This document shows positions 53,000 to 64,000 of a DNA stretch of 64,000 nt, one piece after another. Numbering within the stretch: the first letter of the stretch is position 1; each line of letters begins with the position of its first letter. The notes below the pieces were generated by a model. That model saw only the letters and a program-made list of their open reading frames with translations, was not told the origin of the DNA and did no database searches. Source of the DNA: Malacoraja senta (Eukaryota); assembly GCA_038087875.1 (NCBI GenBank), contig JAXLNO010005457.1:62001-126000 (forward strand). Direction: 5' to 3'. Made by a program: the position numbers and the translations under genes.

Positions 53000-55900
53000 A
53001 TTTCATTTGCCAATTTATCACATGATTCTGATTTTATACCACCCATGTGATTTATGTATGCTACAGCTGTAGTATTGTCAACCTGTACCTGAACATGCAC
53101 ATTTCCCATATCAGTGCAATAAGCTCTAAGGCCGTACAATGCGCCTAATAGCTCTAGGTAATTGATTCCCAGTTTTTCCAGCAAAGGTACTTCATTCACA
53201 TTCCACCTACCTCCACAGCTGGAAAATCATGTTAGTAGCGCCCCAACTCAGCGCACTTACATCAGTCTGTCGAGTGACGGAAGGTGTTTCTACCAGAACT
53301 TTTCTGGAAGCATTAGAAACATTGTTAATCCACCATTCTATTTCTGTAATGGATTGAATTGTTAATTTCATGGGCCTATCAAAATGCCCTCTATTCATTT
53401 TTAACGCTTGTACCTTAGCTCTCTGTAAACATTGATAATGCAATGGTCCAAACGTGATCGCTGGAAACCCTGCAATGAATTTGCCTAGCAAGCTTGCCAC
53501 TTCTCTAATTGAAGATGTGTCCTCGTTAATGAGTTTTATGCAACCTTCAATTAACTGCAGCTTTTTATCTTTTGGCAAAGTGATTACCATGTGTTCGGAG
53601 TTAATTGTGAACCCTAGGTAATCAATCTTTTTGCTTGGTAACAATTTAGATTTTTGTAGGTGAATAATGAAACCTAATTTCTCAAAATGTATTTGACTGG
53701 ATACTGACAATTTTGCAGCAGCCAAAGTGTCCCCTACAATGAGGATATCATCTAAATAAGCCATTAATACATGGCCCTCAGCTCTTAACAGAGCTAAAAT
53801 TGGTTTGAGCAATTTAGTGAATAATCTTGGTGCTGAAATCAGACCATTGGGCAATGCTTTAAATTGCCATAACTGACTCATCCATCTAAATTTCAAATAT
53901 CTTTGATCATTACCATGCATTGCCACAGAATAATATGCATTTTGCAGATCTATGCTTGCCTTGTAGCAATTCTTTGTGACTAGCTAAATGGCATTAGTAA
54001 ATGTTTCCATTTTGAAATGTTTCTATTGTACATAAAGGTTAAGATTTGTCAGATCGGAAATGATTCTACGTCCACCATCCCTTTTCTAGGAGAATATTCC
54101 TAGGAGAATATTTGACACAAACTGATGGTGTTGTTCTACTGACATTTATATCATCCTTTTCTGCATAACATTTTTCAATTCTCCTTTGATCTACCCATTC
54201 TCTTCCTTTGAAAAAAATCTGTGACCAGTTTGAATTATGCTGAATTGGAGGATCCAAAAGTGGAGAGAACTCAATTTTGAATCCAACAATGCTACATAGA
54301 ATAAATGAATCATTTGTTATTGATTGCCATTCTTTTAGGAAGAATCGTAACCTTCCCCCTATTTGTGAGTGTGAAACATTTGTTGTGTTTCGTACCAGAC
54401 CAAGCCCCCTAACCTCGGGGTTTGCCACCGGCAGTTGTTGTCCCCTTCTAGTAGGCACATTGTAACCTCCACGTATCCTCGGTGCAGCATGTCAACGTGT
54501 ATACGAGAATGATAGGATTGTTCCTTCTCCAGCACCACATTTCGCCTGTAGGGATACTGCCTTCTCACCGCTCTGCTCAGCATAGGTGATCCTTTAGTTT
54601 CTTTGTTAGATTTTCTCCAAAACAGATTTAGGCATTTGTATATTGGATGGTTTGCAGAGCCTGCATACTTAGGATGAATATTTGGTCTTATTGCATTTTT
54701 ATGAATACAATTTATTTCAAAGTGCGCACTACACATGAGTGCTAAGGCATTTTGTTGTGAATACGATATATAACCTTCATCCAAACCACTGACCCCAGAA
54801 ATTTCAGCACTTGTGTAATTTCAATTCTTGTGAGCGTAAACCACTGCTCAAATTACCCATATCAAGTTTATTCACTGCTGTAACTGCTACAATTTCCCGG
54901 GTCTCATATTTTTTTTGTCTCATCCATGGTTAATTCCTGGGGCTGATGGGAGAGTAGATAATTTATAGTCATAGCTATTTCCTCTCTCAAAGGTTCCCCT
55001 GTTACTCTGGGAACAGCAAAGTTTTGTGCCAGCCTTGGAACATTTGTGGCTCTGATAATGGGCTCTGGTCCTCATTTAAATCATCATCTAAATTTAAATA
55101 TTCATTTTTATGTTGGGTAATTTCTGGCTCCCCTGTTTCAGGTAAGTCTCTGCCAGATTCCCCCTGCACGGGCTCTCTTGTAGGCCCACGGACAGGCAGC
55201 CCTGCTTCAGGTGCTGCTGGCGATGGCTCAATTCTAGGCCAACGCTTCATTATTTTTACTCTTTATATTTGTCGGTGCTGGCACATTTATCATTGCACGT
55301 TTGTGCTGCCTTTTGTTCAGGCATTTCTAGTACTGGCTCTCCAATAGGCCAACACATAACTTGCCTTTTTTCTGGCATTTTTGGGCACTGGCTCTCCTGT
55401 AGGCCAACCTCTTTAATGTTTCTGCACAGGCACTGATGGCTCTCCTGTAGGCTACCCTTGTGCCTGTTCCAAGGCACCTCCTGTGCTATACTTCATTGGC
55501 TAACACCGACTTAAATCCTCCTGTGGGGGTTCTTTACAAATCATCTGCCCCATAAGGAGTTATAACGTTTTTGACCCTTGCAGTGTAATACTCTTTCCTG
55601 CCTCAGGAGGGCATACCTCCGGGTCTGACTCATCCGAGTCTACAGGTCGGGCCGATTTTTGCCTTGCGCCCCGCCCGCGGCGGTTTAACGCACATTCGAC
55701 CACAACGGGAGTTAATGGCTTCGCTGCCACTGACTCCCCTGACTGACGCCCGCTACCCTTAGGATCTGGGGTTTTACTACAGTGCGTCCCTGGCCGACTC
55801 TCCTTCCCATTTCTCCATAATAAACTTGTGTGGAGTTCCATCAAACAAGTCTAAACGGGAAGGAAACGCTCCTGTAAGTGAAAAGTAACTCACTTACCTT

Positions 55901-58288
55901 CCGACTTTTGTTTTACTCACCGGCTGGAGGAGCTCCTGCTCCTCCACACACGGTCATGAACGCTATGCGTCTGATCGATAATGACGCGTGTGCGGCTGGA
56001 CGGGGCTTCTTCACGTAGTCACTCACGTGACTCCGAAGTAAAATCAGCTGGGGAGGGGATGATGGGCAGATGGAGCAAAGTTGGTGTATGGGTGGTTGTG
56101 GGAGAACAAATGAACACCAGTGGTATGGATAAGCTGAAATGTGAAAACTTTATATTCATATAAAGTTACCCAGGTGGATTATCAGATATTTTACTTAAAA
56201 CTTTCTGTGCCCAAGGTTAACGACAGATGGGTGAGTGTGTGAGTGGGAAGGGGTATTAAAATACCATACAACAGATCTCAGGATGATCTTTACTTCAAAG
56301 GGATGTGCTGTACAAAATGGTTGACATCTAAGCTAGTTTCTCCACAGTGTGAGCAATGATTGCAGTATAGAAAGTTGAAAGAGATGCAAGTGAACCTCTG
56401 TCTCATTTGAACAGTTTATTCTCCTGTTGTTCACCTCTTCCTCCTCCTCTCCTACCTGTTTCCATCTACCCATTATCCTCTCCCCACCTGGTTCTACGTT
56501 TGATCTACCAGCCTCTGTCCTATTCCTCCCTGATTGCTATATATTGGCAATTCATCCTCTTCCCTCACAGGCCTGGTGCAGGTTCTTGACCCTATTTGTG
56601 ACATCAACCATTTGTCCCAATAATTTTGCTTGAGCCATTGAATGCTTTCAGTCTTCTGTTTTTAGTTGCAGATTCCATTAGCTACAGTCATTATTGGATA
56701 TAATATATTTTGTTTTAACACTGCATTTAGTCTGAGACACAGCACCAATAAATGTTGTTACATAACGCTTGGTTATTTGATGTCAAAAGTCTTGATTGTT
56801 TGTACTTTGTACATTTCTAATCTAATGCAAAGAATTTATCATCCATATGAATATAAAATTGTCCACAGTGACTGGTGGCACAGTGATCAAGTTCATTTTA
56901 TGTGGCTCATTTGGTACAAGTTCTGCTCTTGAGATTTCACCTAATAATAGTTGCCTGTAGAATGTGTTTGATGAATAGACCATTGCGTATAAGATTTTTG
57001 GAAATAGATTGGCATGAAATCCAAGTAAACACATTGGATTGCACCCTGTTTTATAGTGGCTTCATGTTGCCAAGTAAAGGCAAGATATATGGAATGTGCA
57101 AGATATAATATGAAAGATATAATATGCAAGGCGCAAAATTAAATTGTTGTTAAGAAAATGTAAGGCCTCCATTTATTTGCAACAGCATCAATCACAGTTA
57201 TCTTACGTCAAAGTTGATTTTGTATTTTTTAAAGAATGAATGGGAACAAAATGATCAAAAATGAATTGGCAGTCAAAGTAATACAAGGTTGTAGTGGAGA
57301 CAAGTGTGTAGGAACAGGCCACTCTGCCTATCCTGCCAATACTGCTGCATATAGTCCACATGACCCTCTTCCCACCTTATGCGATCTGCAACATGGTTGG
57401 CAAGTCTATGCTGGATTCTCCAATGTAGAACCGACTATTCTTTTCTCTTTTATGTTTGCCCAGCCTTCCCCTGAATGCAATTCATTGATCTGGATCCTCA
57501 TTCTCACCTGTATTGGGTGGGAGGGGAGGAGAGGGAGCATTCTCTGTCGAATTCCCTGCTGGATTTTATGGTGGAAAAGTTTTCACCATAGTGATTCATT
57601 TAAAAGCTTTATGTATTTTAATATCTCCCTTCAGCCACTTCTCAAAGGGGTGGAGGGCAGGGGGTGGACAACTTACCCAGGGACATTCGATGACCGTGTT
57701 TTGTTTATTTTATCCAAACATTTTTTAATATAGATTAATATAGTATTTTTTTTTGTATCTTGGGTAAGCACATTGAAATAGCAATGGATGGCGTGTTCAG
57801 AAAATTATTTCTGATTTGTCCTCGCTTTGTGAACACCAAACCAATGTATGCAGCTGCAAAAAGTCATTGGCAGCAGGGTCTCAGTTCCTTTTAAGCATCC
57901 CAGTTATCATGTTCTTCGATGCAGAGGAAATGTGGCCACGATAAATACAAAAATGTTGAAATGCAGAATATAAAAGTAATAGGAATTCAGGCATTTGAGC
58001 CTCAACTATTATTCCATGTGATCAATTGTGACCTAAAATTTATACCTTGATCCTTTTATTTCTCTGATCCTTTGACCATACAAATAACATATAACTCCTT
58101 GTATAAATTCAATGATCTGTGTTCAACTGCTTCCAGTGGTATAACATTCCACACCTTCATCATTCTGTGGGAGAAGTAATCGCTCTTCATCTCAACTTGA
58201 AGCCTGATCATCAGATTGTGACCACTGGGTCCTGAACTGACCGGATTTCCCTCTTGAATATATGTATGCGTACTTTTCTACACATATA

Positions 58289-58319
<31 letters not shown>

Positions 58320-61300
58320 GTGCACATTGATTTTGTTTTTCTCTTTCTCGTTTTTCATATTGTTTACCATGTACTATGTTTACATATTCCGTTGTGCTGC
58401 AGCGAGTAAGAATTTCATTATATTATCTGGGACATATGACAATAAAATACTCTTGACTCTCTTCAATCTGTACAGACCCATAAGAATGTTGTAGTTGATT
58501 TTGAATGGTCCTAATCACAATGTAAAACTAATCGCCCAAATCGCCCTTCATACATTAGTCCTCCCATCCCTGAAATCTGATCAACCTTCACGGCACTCCC
58601 TCCATAACAAGAACATTCTTCTTAAGATCAGGAGACTAAAACTGCAGATGCCATGGTCTTGGCAAGCACATTTCTCAGAATAACATGATGTATCTTTAGA
58701 AAGGGATAAGGAGGAATCTCAAGAGTCAGAGGGTGGTGAATCACATATTAAGTTCTTGGAGCTCTGGAAAATTATCAATCTTTGATGGGAAGAATGGATA
58801 GGGAGGCTGCTCACTTTGCTGGAGGGCTTGAGAGTGGACAAGGAATTCTATGCAACGTGCGTTTGGAATGTCAAGTGTATGGCACGTAGATGTTGTGTAA
58901 TTGGCTCCATTATGCCCTTAGTGCATTGGAAAAGGTAAACGGGGTTTTCACCTAAGATTACATTTTCTGCTAACTGCACTTTATGGTAAGCAAGTAGGCT
59001 GGCTTTGGGAAACAATTAGATGATTGAGGGCTCACTTAGAATAACTGGGAAATGATGGAGCAGCCTACAAGGATATTTATTGTAGCTAAAGGATAAGTTA
59101 AACCTTTCTTTTCTCCGAGACATGCAAGAATAGCACGGTGCTTGATTTAATGCAGAACCTTTGAAGGACAGTGGCTGGGCCGCAAGATCTCCACACCAGC
59201 CATCATAAATAGGAGTCTCCAATGGGCAGAAGACCGTGAGACTTGATGGTATTTGCCACGGCTTCTATCATTTAACACATTGAGCTGAAAGCCATGAGAT
59301 TCGTTGCTTTTTTAATGCTTTGTCTTGTAATTTGACGTAATAAAGATAGTCATTTGTACCCTTGAAATTTTCTTTCTCCGTTCATTGATCCAAATCCTAT
59401 TTATGTTTCACCACAAAGAGAGAATTGGATAAACTAATTGTGAGCAAAAACATGCAAAACTACAGTCGAAGGGCTGGGGTTGAACAAGTGATTTTCTCCA
59501 GTAGAGAGGTGGCATTGGCCTGATAGGATGAATGGTCTCCATCAGCACAGTAAACATTTAAATGATCCATTGATTTGTATTTATCATCGTATATCAAATA
59601 AACTTAGGGATACGGAAGGAGAAATATTTTGGCCTGTTTATATGGTGCAAAATAACCCACCCCAGAACAATAAATAGTTGTGAATTTACACTTAATATTA
59701 CCTGTCACTGAAGCAGAGTGCAGAGGTTCTCAAATTCATTTAAGAAATAGTATTAAGGCGACTGTATAGAAAATGGTGGGTATTGCTTGGCAGCAAGATG
59801 GGAGTAGTATTGTAGTGGTAGTGATGAGGTGTTTTGATGGCAGTGATCATAATTTAGCATGATTAAAGTAGCAATGTACACTAGGAACGCAGGTTCGCAG
59901 CTGAGGTGAAAACATTTCCAAGACTGCAACATAATTTAACAGAAATGTAATACAAAATGTAATAAAATAGGGCAATTAAATGGTGACAGTTAACAGATCT
60001 CTGGGGATACTAGAAACTGCAGATATTGGATCGTTGAGCAAAACTGTTGGAGGAACACAGTGGGTCAGGCCACATCTGTGGGATGGAATGAACCAACGAC
60101 AATTCAGGCTGGAACTCTTGTTCAGACTGGTGACTTCAAAACGTTGTCAGTCGATTCCCACCACAGATGCTGCCTGACCCACTGAATTCTTCATGCACTT
60201 TGTTTTTAACACACCAGCTGGAAAGAGTCCAGAGAAGATTTACAAGGAGACTTGATAGTGGCATTTCAAGTCTTTAGAAAGGCATAGATATGCAGGGAAA
60301 GGATGGATATGGAACATGTGTTGGTGGAGGAGATTAGTTCAACTTGGCATCACGTTTGGAACAGAAGGTGTGGCCCCAAGGGCCTGTTCCAATGCTGAAC
60401 TGTTCTGCAAGTCACTGAGTCTCTGTTCAGGGAGGGTGAGGTTGAGAAGGCTCTGATTTCAATAGAAAATAGGTGCAGGAGTAGGCCATTCGATCCTTCG
60501 AGCCAGCACCGCCATTCAATGTGATCATGGCTGATCATCCCCAATCAGTACCCCGTTCCTGCCTTCTCCCCATATCCCCTGACTCCACTATTTTTAAGAG
60601 CCCTATCTAGCTCTCTCTTGAAAGCATCCACTGCCCTCTGAGGCAGAGAATTTCACAGACTCACCACTCTCTGTGAGAAAAAGTGTTTCCTCGTCTCCGT
60701 TCTAAATGGCTTACTCCTTATTCTTAAACTGTGGTCCCTGGTTCTGGAAATGTGGCCCCTGGTTCTGGATTTCATTCCTTAGAGTGCAAAAGGATGGGGT
60801 GATCTGAAAGAGGTTTACAAAATTATGTGAGCAATCAATCAGGTAAATGCGCTTGAGTTTTTTGCCCACAATAGGGGACTCGAGAACCAGAGGATATAGA
60901 TTTACGGTGAGAGGTGGGTGAGTGTGGAGATTTAATAGGAACCTGGGGATAACATTTTTACACAAAGAGTGGTGGGTATATGGAACGAGCTGCCAGAGGA
61001 GGAGGTTGAGACAGGTACTATCATAACAATAAATATACAATTGGACAGGTACATGCATAGGATAGGTTTAGAGGGTTATGAGCCAAGCGTGGGGAGTTGG
61101 GACTAATGTAGATGGGGCATGCTGTGCCGAAAAGCCCGTTTCGACGCAGTCTTACTAGGGGCAATTTACAAAGGGCAATTAACCGATAAACCTGCACGAG
61201 TTTGGAATGTGGGTGGAGACCAGCGCCCGGAGAAAACCCACGTACGACGTTCACACAGACAGCGTCCGTAGTCGGGATCAAACCCGGGTCTCTGACGCTG

Positions 61301-62252
61301 CGAGGCATCCGTTCGACTGCTGCGAATTTTGTTTGTATTTTCTGATTTAAATCAAAGATGTTGGTATAGATATGAGTTCCATGTTTAGGAAATGTGTGAA
61401 TGTCAGCAAAGTTGTTTGCAGGTGTAGTATTAGGCAAGATGTAAACTGCCTTGACATTCAATAACATTACCAAGCTAACTCCTCCGCCATCAATCTCTGT
61501 TCCAATAATAATTGAATCACTGTCTTTTTGACCAGACAGTAGGACTCGCGTGAACTTGGAAGCTGCAGGGAAAATGACTAATTTGGACTGGTGTTACTTT
61601 TGGCCACTGAATGGAAGATTATAATCATTTTCCTCTGGACGGTGGAATCAACACCCTTTCGCTTTCCAAGTGGGCAATTAGTGCTGTTCTCCCTTTGAAA
61701 TCTACCGTGTAAAAATAGCACCTGCAGATCAAGATCCAAATTGACCGCCATTCTGATTTGGAAATATGTCCTGATCCTCAGTATTGCAAATGCCGAATCG
61801 CCCCACGCCGACAGAATATTGTACTGGCGCATGGAGGTCTTCAGCGGTGGAAAAAAAGATGGCTCTTCACTGTAGATGAAATGTGCATGTACCTTTAACA
61901 TAGTGACCTCACCACTACTAACCACTCCCCACATCACTGGTATAATTACAACCTTCCCACCCAGTTCTCTCTCTAGTTCCAGTGACAGACCACGGACAGC
62001 TAGGGCAGCAATAAACAGTAGTAAAGATACAGTGCATTATGACCCATCTTTACATTCACCACGTAGTCAAAGGCAAAAAGGAAATGTTAATACAACCTTG
62101 CTACCTGCTTAAAATAAACACTGGGTGTTGCAATCGATAGATACAACGTGTTGGTTTATTATTGACACGGGTAACTAGATACAGTGAAAACCCCTTTGCG
62201 TGGTATTCAGCCAAATCATACTATGCATGAATACAATTAAGCCATACATAAG

Positions 62253-62806
62253 TGTGAGATGCAAAATCACAAACGCTTTTGGAGGCAAAGTCGGCAAAGA
62301 AGCTTTTTATTTAAATCATATTCTGCAGAATAGGTGCCTCTCCTCTGATGTCCCCTAGAGGCACACCGAGGATCGGGATGTCTTCTATCTTTATACATTT
62401 CATGGGTATCATTGTCACACCCTCATCCATCCCCATTGAGCTTCTTCCAATCATAACATAAAGCCCACATTCCCCCGAGAACGTCCTGGAACGTCCACCC
62501 AACGTCAAAGGCACCTCCCATATCATGCATCGCATGTGCATTTAAATTAGGCATCTTGTCATAGTGGGTGTGTGTACATATTCATGTAAGTTCATTAGGC
62601 ATGCACAGATATGTTTGACCTTATGTACTTTCTCCCTTTCTACTTCTCAAATCTTCTGCTGAATTTGCTACTTTTTATCTAGAATTTCTCTCTGTTCTAT
62701 ATATCGTTATTTTCTATTTTACCAGCAGTCTGGCTTCTGCTGACACCCCAAGCCATTTTTCTATCCCTAGTCTAAATCAACCATGTCTGTTAACTCTTTC
62801 CTCACA
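62253..62806 (-). mobile_element. ERV 3' LTR (554 bp)
   Basis: TGTGAG...CTCACA terminal inverted repeat; TATA-like tgtataaag (~62390-62398); AATAAA (~62306-62312); preceded by the polypurine tract aaaaaagaaaagggtgaat. Confidence 0.85.
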
Positions 62807-63219
62807 ATTCACCCTTTTCTTTTTTGCTACGCAACCTTTGATTTCTACTATATCCTCCTTTTCTAATGCTAGCAGCAGATTCTTCGCCTCCCTATCCCCC
62901 TCTCGTTGGTTATACTGTGTTCTGAAGGCCATCATGGTGGCGGCGCTGTTCTTTGTCAGGGCTGTTTCTATCAATCGCTGAGCCAATCCCCGTACGCAGG
63001 GAATGATACAACATCCGAACAAACACAGTAACCCCACCATGACTACCACTGATGTTAGAGCTGAGGTAAAGCAGTGCTTCCATTTCCCAAACCAGGATTC
63101 TAGAAACCCAGTCCAGGAGTTGTCTACTCCAGAGTTCTCAGCCAATTCGATAGACAGAGAGGTGAGACCTGCTAGGGCTCTTGACACTGACCCATCCGGA
63201 GCAGTGTTGTTGGGGATGA
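62807..63219 (-). pseudogene. Endogenous retrovirus env TM-subunit C-terminal fragment (fish epsilon-like)
   Basis: FIPNNTAPDGSVSRALAGLTSLSIELAENSGVDNSWTGFLESWFGKWK..TM..GCCIIPCVRGLAQRLIETA. Confidence 0.85.
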
Positions 63220-63266
63220 ATCGCCCGTTCACACACGCGCGGGTGGAGGGCGTGCGTGTGTGCGGG

Positions 63267-63570
63267 CACACAATACTCCAGGTGTGGTCTCACCAGGGCC
63301 CTGTACAACTGCAGAAGGACCTCTTTGCTCCTATACTCAACTCCTCTTGTTATAAAGGCCAACAGGCCAAAACTGCACACAATACTCCAGGTGTGGTCTC
63401 ACCAGGGCCCTGTACAACTGCAGAAGGACCTCTTTGCTCCTATACTCAACTCCTCTTGTTATAAAGGCCAACAGGCCAAAACTGCACACAATACTCCAGG
63501 TGTGGTCTCACCAGGGCCCTGTACAACTGCAGAAGGACCTCTTTGCTCCTGTACTCAACTCCTCTTGTTA
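63267..63570. repeat. Tandem triplication (109-bp period) of a CR1 RT fragment
   Basis: Units start at 63267, 63376 and 63485; the minus strand encodes [26 protein letters not shown]. Confidence 0.92.
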
Positions 63571-63572
63571 TT

Positions 63573-64000
63573 CAGATTCAGATTCAGATTATTTAATGAC
63601 CACACAGTCAAGCTGGTGGAATTCATGTTCAGTACAGGATGTTACACAATAGGCTGATTCCCGTCAAACATAACATAAAACACAACAACATACAGTATAC
63701 AGTACATGCACGAGGTGGCTATGTGATGTTGTCATAGAGTGTTCAGATTTCGAATTGCATATGGGTAGAAACTGTTTTTAAATCGTGATGTTTTGGTGGG
63801 CAGTGAGCTGTAGCGCCTTCCTGACGGCAGCAGGTGGAAGATGTGGTGAGCTGGGTGGGAGGGATCAGAAATGATTTTATTCACCCTTGACACAGACCGT
63901 TTGAGATTGAGTGATTCTATTGATGGGAGGGAAGTGCTGATGATTTTGGATGCTTTGTTGACAATGCGCTGTAGTTTATTACGGGAGTGAGTGTCTAAAC
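63573..64000 (-). mobile_element. Rex1/Babar-clade LINE 3' end, running off the window
   Basis: Open minus frame to a stop at 63732: LDTHSRNKLQRIVNKASKIISTSLPSIESL...DPSHPAHHIFHLLPSGRRYSSLPTKTSRFKNSFYPYAIRNLNTL*; (ctgaat)n tail. Confidence 0.85.

Larger units (their letters stand above)
50985..56044 (-). mobile_element. DIRS1-type retrotransposon, copy B (more complete)
   Basis: ITRs (51058-51092 vs 55983-56013); ICR ~51211-51327; gag-like 54359-55700; RT 53207..53926 (YLDDIL); RNase H 52945..53199; methylase-like 52526..52999; YR 51586..52482. Confidence 0.95.

Noticed and set aside
59016-59260. Unique, GC-balanced segment with exon-like look
   Set aside because: No frame/splice combination gave a recognisable protein.
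61500-61940. Candidate minus-strand exon (ttcatctacag|...ctgcag|gtgcta; SEEPSFFPPLKTSMRQYNILSAWG...)
   Set aside because: Open frame and splice-like sites exist, but there is no recognisable homology and no partner exon; it needs RNA-seq or BLASTx.

Overview
Repeat-dense (well over half transposon-derived) intronic/intergenic window from a vertebrate genome. The repeat set (HE1-like V-SINEs, CR1 tails, Penelope-like fragments, fish-type L1, Rex-Babar, DIRS1) points to a cartilaginous fish, probably a skate or ray (inference). The only host gene I can support is an MHC class I-like gene on the + strand: a C1-set (alpha3-like) exon at 24032-24298, a TM exon at 26982-27089 and a candidate cytoplasmic exon at 49002-49042. 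I found no leader, alpha1 or alpha2 exon in the 24 kb upstream. Two large nested stacks dominate. (i) A V-SINE hosts a Buster-type hAT (6930-15283), which hosts a second hAT (7099-13372, perfect 8-bp TSD) carrying a 3.4-kb G-rich A/B minisatellite expanded from one internal monomer. (ii) A minus-strand L1 (~30510-47800) hosts a plus-strand full-length L1 (36436-42895, 15-bp TSD) and a DIRS1 element (30651-35670). A second DIRS1 (50985-56044), an ERV env+LTR remnant, a solo LTR, a Harbinger MITE and many short Penelope-derived units bearing minimal hammerhead ribozyme motifs are also present. There are two N gaps (11116-11563, 11623-12336). All calls come from reading the sequence without database searches; many repeat boundaries are approximate.
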